Translations under genes and position numbers: made by a program | From: Cytophagales bacterium | Lineage (GTDB): Bacteria > Bacteroidota > Bacteroidia > Cytophagales > Cyclobacteriaceae | Length of the DNA stretch: 12,379 nt | Reading direction: 5' to 3' | Assembly (NCBI GenBank): GCA_038224435.1 | Contig: JBBRFK010000117.1 | Span: forward strand, 1 to 12,379 | Notes under the pieces: generated by a model | What the model saw: only the letters and a program-made list of their open reading frames with translations | What the model was told of the DNA's origin: nothing | Databases searched by the model: none | In this document: positions 1 to 4,866 of the stretch, in pieces | How the letters are laid out: every line of letters starts with the position of its first letter | How positions within the stretch are numbered: position 1 is the first letter of the stretch

Positions 1-189
1 GAAGATCCGGATATCATTGACGGAAGCAGGAGAAAAAGATTAGCTAATGGAAGCGGACGAAGCATCATTGAAGTCAATAACCTGATGAAGCAATTTAGTG
101 ACATGAGGAAAATGATGAAGCAAATGAATAAAATGGGAGGCGCCCAAAAAGCCCTTGGCGGATTGATGCCTAAGATGGGTAGGAGGTAG
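1..189 (+). CDS. ffh: Signal recognition particle protein Ffh, C-terminal fragment (5' end lies outside the window)
   Basis: Frame 1 reads ...EDPDIIDGSRRKRLANGSGRSIIEVNNLMKQFSDMRKMMKQMNKMGGAQKALGGLMPKMGRR* with TAG at 187-189. It matches the conserved end of the Ffh M-domain (E. coli ...[40 protein letters not shown]...). Confidence 0.85.
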   Translation, partial: EDPDIIDGSRRKRLANGSGRSIIEVNNLMKQFSDMRKMMKQMNKMGGAQKALGGLMPKMGRR

Positions 190-204
190 GGTAGTTGACA
201 GACC

Positions 205-255
205 ACAGTTTTCAGTTTATGGGAAACAGTTTACATTTCGCAATAAACAGTTTTC
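205..255. repeat. Three direct copies of ACAGTTT(T/A)C spaced exactly 21 bp apart (205, 226, 247). Copies 2 and 3 are AAACAGTTT, a near-palindromic AAAC-N-GTTT core.
   Basis: Read directly: ccACAGTTTTCag (205-), aaACAGTTTACat (226-), aaACAGTTTTCca (247-). The 21-bp period is two helical turns, so all copies lie on one face of the DNA. Confidence 0.5.
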
Positions 256-394
256 CATTGTAAGTCAAAAAGCCTCTATTTGCAATTGTCAGCAGCTTAA
301 CTTAAATCAATCCTTATGTTGGTTATTGACAGGAAAGCGGGTGTTCGTAAAACGGGAAGCCGAAATAAGGGAAGAAAAAGGGAAGAATGATTAA

Positions 395-425
395 AGGAGA
401 TTACTTCCGAATTCCTACTTTTTTT
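395..425 (+). terminator. Weak candidate intrinsic terminator for ffh
   Basis: AGGAG (395-399) can pair with TTCCT (412-416) over a 12-nt loop, followed by a T7 run at 419-425. The stem is short and low in GC, so this is tentative. Confidence 0.3.
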
Positions 426-1551
426 ATGTAGTCAATTTATACTTTTTCCCAGGAAGGGATTTGATAAGTCCTTCAAATTCAAGATTCAATAAGGTAGAAG
501 CTAAACTTGAAATGGATACATTAAGTAAAATCGCAATCTGATCGATTTCTAGTTCTTTTTTCTCAATCAGGATAGTCAACACGCTTCTTTCTTCTTCATT
601 GTATTTAGTGAGATCGAATATTTTATTTTTAGTATTTGTGGCTGTCAGGTTTTCCTTTGACCATGACAGTGATTCTTCAAGGTCTTTTGGGCCGGTGTAA
701 ATAGATGCTTTCATGGATCGGATCAGGTTATTGCAACCTTCACTGTAGGTGGACAGCAAGTTACCCGGCACGGCAAAAACCTCTTTATTGTAACTGAATG
801 CAATCTCAGCGGTGATCAATGCCCCGCCTTTTTGTGCTGCTTCCACGACAATCACAGCATCCGACAAACCTGATATAATCCTGTTTCTCCTCGGGAAATT
901 GCTTGGATGCATCACTGTTCCCGGTGGATATTCGCTCACAAGACCACCTCCGTTTTCCATCATTTGGTCTGCGGTATTTTTATGTATGGCCGGATAAATC
1001 TGATCTACAGAAGATCCCAATATGCCCAAAGTGGGAATGTTATTTGCCAAGGCTGTCTTATGGGCTTCGATATCCACGCCGTAGGCCAATCCACTGACGA
1101 TGGTAGCGTGGTAAGGAGTTATATCCTCTATGATCTTTTTTGTGATGTTTTTTCCGTACTCTGTGGCGTTTCTAGTTCCTACGATAGCAACTGACCTGTT
1201 TGGATTGAGATTTACCTGTCCTTTGGTGTATAATACCATCGGGCAATCGTCCATCACTTTGAGCCTTGCAGGAAAATTTTGATCGGAGAAAGTAAGTAAT
1301 CTTATTCCTTTTTTTTCGCAGTTTGAAATGATATCTGCAGCTTGCCTAAGGTATTGGTCCTTGTCCTTCCTGATTTCAGCAAGCTTTTTATTGAGACGAG
1401 GGATTTTTGAAATTTTTCCCGGCGCAAGGTCAAAAAAATCCTTTGCCGAGCCGGTGTAGGCTAGGATATTTCTGTATAAAGTAGGGCCGATATTAGGGAT
1501 TAGATTAAGCGCTAACTCAAAAATCAATTCCTTACTATTTGGATTCGACAT
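424..1551 (-). CDS. dprA: DNA-processing protein DprA/Smf (recombination mediator that loads RecA on incoming ssDNA)
   Basis: 375-aa ORF. Central Rossmann-like DprA motifs: AIVGTRNATEYG, SGLAYGVDIEAH, LGSSVDQIYP, RNRIISGLSDAVIVVEAAQKGGALITA, AVPGNL. It also has an N-terminal SAM-like region and a C-terminal winged-helix-like tail. Start ATG at 1549-1551 (minus), stop TAA at 424-426. Confidence 0.9.
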   Translation of the reverse strand: MSNPNSKELIFELALNLIPNIGPTLYRNILAYTGSAKDFFDLAPGKISKIPRLNKKLAEIRKDKDQYLRQAADIISNCEKKGIRLLTFSDQNFPARLKVMDDCPMVLYTKGQVNLNPNRSVAIVGTRNATEYGKNITKKIIEDITPYHATIVSGLAYGVDIEAHKTALANNIPTLGILGSSVDQIYPAIHKNTADQMMENGGGLVSEYPPGTVMHPSNFPRRNRIISGLSDAVIVVEAAQKGGALITAEIAFSYNKEVFAVPGNLLSTYSEGCNNLIRSMKASIYTGPKDLEESLSWSKENLTATNTKNKIFDLTKYNEEERSVLTILIEKKELEIDQIAILLNVSISSLASTLLNLEFEGLIKSLPGKKYKLTT

Positions 1552-1885
1552 GCATGGTATCCCGTATTTCTATTAAAAAACGTTTGATCTGATTGAGCCT
1601 GTCCACCATGGCTGCTTTGTCAAAAACTTTTAGGTGATCGCCTTTGATTACCTCTTGGGCACCTTGAAGCGTGTATCCTTTGATTTTTACCAATTGATAG
1701 ATATACCTGATTTTCTCAATATCATCTTTGGTAAAACGCCGGTTGCCTTTCTTGTCTTTTTTGGGTTTGATGATGTCAAATTCACCTTCCCAATAACGTA
1801 TAAGAGATGGTGCAACTTTGAACATGCTAGCTACTTCTCCAATGGAGTAGTATTTTTTTTCGATTTCTTTTTCTTTGTACGGCAC
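1535..1885 (-). CDS. Small MerR-family HTH transcriptional regulator (116 aa: N-terminal HTH plus a short C-terminal helix)
   Basis: YYSIGEVASMFKVAPSLIRYWEGEFDIIKPKKDKKGNRRFTKDDIEKIRYIYQLVKIKGYTLQGAQEVI is a canonical MerR HTH, dimerisation helix and wing. The only in-frame start that preserves the HTH is a GTG (complement 'cac' at 1883-1885). The gene's stop lies 17 nt inside the dprA start (1535-1551 overlap). Confidence 0.8.
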   Translation of the reverse strand: MPYKEKEIEKKYYSIGEVASMFKVAPSLIRYWEGEFDIIKPKKDKKGNRRFTKDDIEKIRYIYQLVKIKGYTLQGAQEVIKGDHLKVFDKAAMVDRLNQIKRFLIEIRDTMHVESK

Positions 1886-1933
1886 AGGATTTAAAGCATT
1901 ACTTTAACCAAAAATATGAAAAATAATTAATTT

Positions 1934-2266
1934 TCAAGTCTCAAATATTTTTTTCATCAGTTGCCACTTTTCATTTTCTGCTGTACCGGGCAACTTTTGT
2001 TGAAAGCTTGACATGAGGTTTTCCCATTCCTGAACTTTCGGGTTATTTGCATCCATTTCGGCTTTCTTTTCAAATGTAAAGCTTGAATCCACCTCAATAA
2101 TCATGCACAACCTATTTTCCCAACGGTATAATTCCATGGAAATTATACCCGCATCTCTGAAGCTTTGAAGGATTTCAGGTTTTACGGATTTGTGATAACT
2201 TTCATATTCCTCAATGAGTTGAGGGTCATTTTTTAAATCAAGGGTCAAGCAATATTTTTGATTCAT
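1934..2266 (-). CDS. L-rhamnose mutarotase (RhaM/YiiL, PF05336-like) family small cytoplasmic protein
   Basis: 110 aa. The hydrophobic and charge pattern and the EY..H...PE...G......L.....L..IIEV ... W...M...P landmarks align with E. coli RhaM ([50 protein letters not shown]...). ATG at 2264-2266 (minus). The family assignment is from memory of the fold's sequence pattern. Confidence 0.55.
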   Translation of the reverse strand: MNQKYCLTLDLKNDPQLIEEYESYHKSVKPEILQSFRDAGIISMELYRWENRLCMIIEVDSSFTFEKKAEMDANNPKVQEWENLMSSFQQKLPGTAENEKWQLMKKIFET

Positions 2267-2284
2267 CTGTATTATACTAAATAA

Positions 2285-2323
2285 AGGCTTCCGGAAGATT
2301 AATTTTATATCTCCCGAAAGCCT
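2285..2323 (-). terminator. Imperfect inverted repeat (13 of 15 bp pair, 9-nt AT loop) between the flotillin stop and the next gene's start; likely intrinsic terminator of the nfeD-flotillin operon, possibly also an operator
   Basis: Plus strand: AGGCTTCCGGAAGAT (2285-2299), TAATTTTAT, ATCTCCCGAAAGCCT (2309-2323). On the minus-strand transcript the hairpin is followed by UUUAUUUAGUAUAAU, which then runs into the ATG at 2266. Confidence 0.4.
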
Positions 2324-2353
2324 ATGTTTTTGACCTTACTTGAATGGAGTTAT

Positions 2354-3859
2354 TTATTTAGGATCTTTTTCTTCAGGTATTTCTTTGGTATCCTCAGCCC
2401 CTTTCAGATAGGTAGGAAGATTCAATCCTGCCATATTGAATAAATCATTTAAAGGAGGTACACTTTTCATCAATCCGGAGATAAAGTTGGCTGTTGAACC
2501 GTTTCCGTTTTCACCATTTGAACCGGAGTCCCAAACTGTGACTTTGTCGATTTTGATATTTTTCACAGCATCTACCTGAGTTTTGACAAGCTCAGGGAGT
2601 TTCTCAATCAATAAGAGTTGGAATGCTTTGTTTGGATCTCCGCCTGCGGCATCCACGACCTGCCTGTAACCTTCTGCCTGTTTGGTCAATATTTCATAAA
2701 GGCCTCTAGCCTCGGCATCCATTTTGGCAAATATCGCATCAGCTTCACCTTTTGCCTGTTCCCTGATTCTCTCAGCTACAGCCTGGGCTTCAATGATTGC
2801 TTTTTGTTTGGCGATTTCAGCTGGAATAACTTCATTGGCGATTTGTGTGGACCTATCCCTCTCAGACCTGGCAGCTTCTGCTTTTTGCTCGGCGACATAC
2901 GATTCCTCCAAGGCTCTTGCCTGTTGGACTTTTTCAGCGGCGAGGGCTGTTCTTTGAGCTTCTGCTTCTCTTTCTCTACGGATGGCGTCGGATTGTGCAA
3001 TGGAAATCTTGGCTTCGTTTTCTCCTTTTACTGCCAATGCATTGGCTTCGGAAGTTTTGACCCTGGTATCTCTTTCAGCCTCGGCCTTTCCGATGGATTC
3101 ATCCTTGAAGGCTTCGGCGATACTTACCTCTCTCGACTTATGGGTAATTGCGATTTTCACATCCCTATCTCTGTGGGTTTCTGCGATTTGAACATCGCGC
3201 TCCCTGTCGGCCATTGCCTTGCCTGTTTCACCTATTTTTTCCTGTTCGGCAACAGAGATTTTGGCTTCGTTGATGGCTTTTGCAGCAGCTTCCTTACCCA
3301 ATGCCTCGATGTATCCTGATTCGTCTTTGATGTCGGTCACGTTGACGTTGATCAGCTTGAGACCGATTTTTTTCAATTCATTATCAACGTTTTTTGAAAT
3401 GTTATCCAAAAATTTATCCCTATCAGAATTGATTTCTTCAATCGTCATTGTCGCTATGACCAATCTCAACTGGCCAAAAAGGATGTCCTTTGACAATTCT
3501 TGGATCTGTTCAGGGCTGAGTCCCAGTAACCTTTCAGCGGCGTTTCCCATGCTGTCTGTTTCTGTAGAAATGGCAATTGTAAATCGGCAGGGAACATCTA
3601 CACGGATATTTTGACGGCTTAGGGCATTGGTAAGATTGGCTTCAATAGAAATCGGCTTGAGGTCGAGATAGGCAAAATCCTGGATCACAGGCCATATGAA
3701 TGCACCACCTCCATGGATACATTTGGCAGATGTCCCTCCTGTACGACCATAGACCACGAGGATTTTGTCAGAGGGACATCTTTTGTATCTCGATACCAAA
3801 GCTGTGATTGACACAAAAAATACTGCTACTGCTGCTACTAGAATATAAATTGTTTCCAT
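2354..3859 (-). CDS. Flotillin-family SPFH/band-7 protein (YqiK/FloT-like) with an N-terminal membrane anchor and a long EA-rich coiled coil
   Basis: 501 aa. N-terminal TM METIYILVAAVAVFFVSITALV is followed by an SPFH core (ILVVYGR..., FIWPVIQDFAYLDLKPISIE, NIRVDVPCRFTI). Then comes a long low-complexity stretch rich in Ala, Glu, Gln and Arg (roughly the distal 250 aa; e.g. ...AEAERD..., ...REREAEAQRTALAAEKVQQARALEE..., ...QKAEAARSERD...), consistent with the coiled coil typical of flotillins. Confidence 0.88.
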   Translation of the reverse strand: METIYILVAAVAVFFVSITALVSRYKRCPSDKILVVYGRTGGTSAKCIHGGGAFIWPVIQDFAYLDLKPISIEANLTNALSRQNIRVDVPCRFTIAISTETDSMGNAAERLLGLSPEQIQELSKDILFGQLRLVIATMTIEEINSDRDKFLDNISKNVDNELKKIGLKLINVNVTDIKDESGYIEALGKEAAAKAINEAKISVAEQEKIGETGKAMADRERDVQIAETHRDRDVKIAITHKSREVSIAEAFKDESIGKAEAERDTRVKTSEANALAVKGENEAKISIAQSDAIRREREAEAQRTALAAEKVQQARALEESYVAEQKAEAARSERDRSTQIANEVIPAEIAKQKAIIEAQAVAERIREQAKGEADAIFAKMDAEARGLYEILTKQAEGYRQVVDAAGGDPNKAFQLLLIEKLPELVKTQVDAVKNIKIDKVTVWDSGSNGENGNGSTANFISGLMKSVPPLNDLFNMAGLNLPTYLKGAEDTKEIPEEKDPK

Positions 3860-3873
3860 ATAAGAATTGAGTG

Positions 3874-4440
3874 TTAAAGTTTTTCTACTACCAAAATATT
3901 ATCAGAATCGATAGACCTGATTTTTACCAAAGTGCCGGATTTCAGGGTTTCGGATTCCGTTATTGCGCGGAGTTCTTTGAATGAACCTTTGATGCTAATC
4001 TGCACTTTACCTATTCCGGATTTTTTTGCCGGAATGGTCAGGTAGACCTCACCTGTTTTTCCCAATGTTTCTTTGATCTGAAATGTGTTGTCTTCTGCCA
4101 GCTTTTTTATTTGTGAAATGATCAGGAAAAATACCGCTACAAAACCCAATCCCACTAACAGAGAAATTCCAATCAACAGGGTTTTATTCTCGATGATGTT
4201 ATAAAATGAAATCCCCGTCCAACCAAATCCAAGCATAAAGTGGATCAAATTACGGAAGGAAAAAAACTGAAAAGGCCCTTCAGCACCTTCCAGATTGCTG
4301 TCAAAATCGGCCTCAAGTCCGTCTGTAGCGTCTGCTCCAATAAATGTCATGATGGTCTGTACCAAAAAGACCAAAGTAGATGGAATTGCCAAATACCAAA
4401 AGACCTTAAGCAAAGAATCCATTTCGCTAAAATTTTCCAT
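3874..4440 (-). CDS. NfeD-like / YqiJ-like membrane protein (OB-fold partner of flotillin)
   Basis: 188 aa with several TM helices (LAIPSTLVFLVQTIMTFIG; FMLGFGWTGISFY; LLIGISLLVGLGFVAVFFLII) and a C-terminal soluble β-rich tail (GEVYLTIPAKKSGIGKVQISIKGSFKELRAITESETLKSGTLVKIRSIDSDNILVVEKL), typical of short NfeD homologues. It ends 14 nt upstream of the flotillin ATG, the same order as E. coli yqiJ-yqiK. Confidence 0.72.
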   Translation of the reverse strand: MENFSEMDSLLKVFWYLAIPSTLVFLVQTIMTFIGADATDGLEADFDSNLEGAEGPFQFFSFRNLIHFMLGFGWTGISFYNIIENKTLLIGISLLVGLGFVAVFFLIISQIKKLAEDNTFQIKETLGKTGEVYLTIPAKKSGIGKVQISIKGSFKELRAITESETLKSGTLVKIRSIDSDNILVVEKL

Positions 4441-4785
4441 AGTCGTGTGTAAGTTTATTTGGCCAAACTAATTAATTTATTAATTGATACAAGCAATAAG
4501 GCTGAACTTGTTTAAAATTTTTTTTTCAAGGTCAAAAAATACTCTCGGAAACAGGGTATTTTTAATCATATCCAGCTTCACTAAATCTTGGCATCTAGAA
4601 ATGACCGGAGGATAAAATTTTTATTTAATCCATATTTTAATATAAAATATTTGATTTCAAAAATACTTAAAACTGGGTTTGATTCAGGATATTTAACATG
4701 TCATAAAAAGAAAATTGCATTTCATTCTAAAATTTGTTTTAATACCCAAAAGATTATTTTATATTTTGGTCTGAATTTCGGAGTA
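4441..4785. promoter_or_regulatory. AT-rich divergent promoter region between nfeD (-) and the first T9SS cargo gene (+)
   Basis: 345 bp with no credible ORF. TATATTTTGG at 4760-4769 resembles the Bacteroidota sigma-A '-7' motif TAnnTTTG and sits about 20 nt before the ATG at 4786. There is no Shine-Dalgarno, as expected in this phylum. A near-palindrome AATTAATTTATTAATT lies at about 4469-4484. Confidence 0.3.
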
Positions 4786-4866
4786 ATGAGTATTAAAAAT
4801 CATAAGGCCTTCTTTTTTTTGCTAGCAGCGTTGCATCTGACCATTGTTTTTGATGCCCATTCCCAA
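4786..4866 (+). other. Predicted Sec signal peptide of paralogue 1
   Basis: MSIKNHKAFFFLLAALHLTIVFDAHSQ has a basic n-region, a hydrophobic core and AHS/Q at the likely cleavage region. Confidence 0.6.

Noticed and set aside
316-390. 24-codon highly basic ORF (MLVIDRKAGVRKTGSRNKGRKREE) in the ffh-dprA spacer
   Set aside because: It is too short and compositionally biased, and I have no conservation evidence. It is mentioned only as a possible check in the spacer finding.
812-1194. Three overlapping + strand ORFs (61-95 aa) inside dprA
   Set aside because: They are antisense to a well-supported DprA coding frame and have no recognisable motifs.
1634-1894. 86-aa + strand ORF antisense to the MerR gene
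   Set aside because: It is a shadow ORF of the MerR coding frame with a low-complexity F-rich product.
2618-3614. Plus-strand ORFs of 69-233 aa inside the flotillin gene (2618-3319, 2724-2957, 2845-3060, 2982-3191, 3219-3614) and a minus-strand one (2776-3000)
   Set aside because: They are antisense or out of frame with respect to the repetitive GC-rich EA-coiled-coil codons. Their Cys/Phe/Gly/Leu-rich low-complexity products fit shadow ORFs, not genes.
4467-4490. AT-only near-palindrome AACTAATTAATTTATTAATTGA in the divergent promoter region
   Set aside because: Palindromes composed only of A and T arise readily by chance in DNA with over 75% AT. It is noted inside the promoter feature but not raised as a finding.
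4588-4785. The ORF track extends the first large gene 66 codons upstream (MASRNDRRIKFLFNPYFNIKYLISKILK...)
   Set aside because: The extension is rich in K, I, F and N, the translation of AT-rich intergenic DNA with no stop by chance. A textbook signal peptide begins at the in-frame ATG at 4786 (MSIKNHKAFFFLLAALHLTIVFDAHSQ). The gene should start there.
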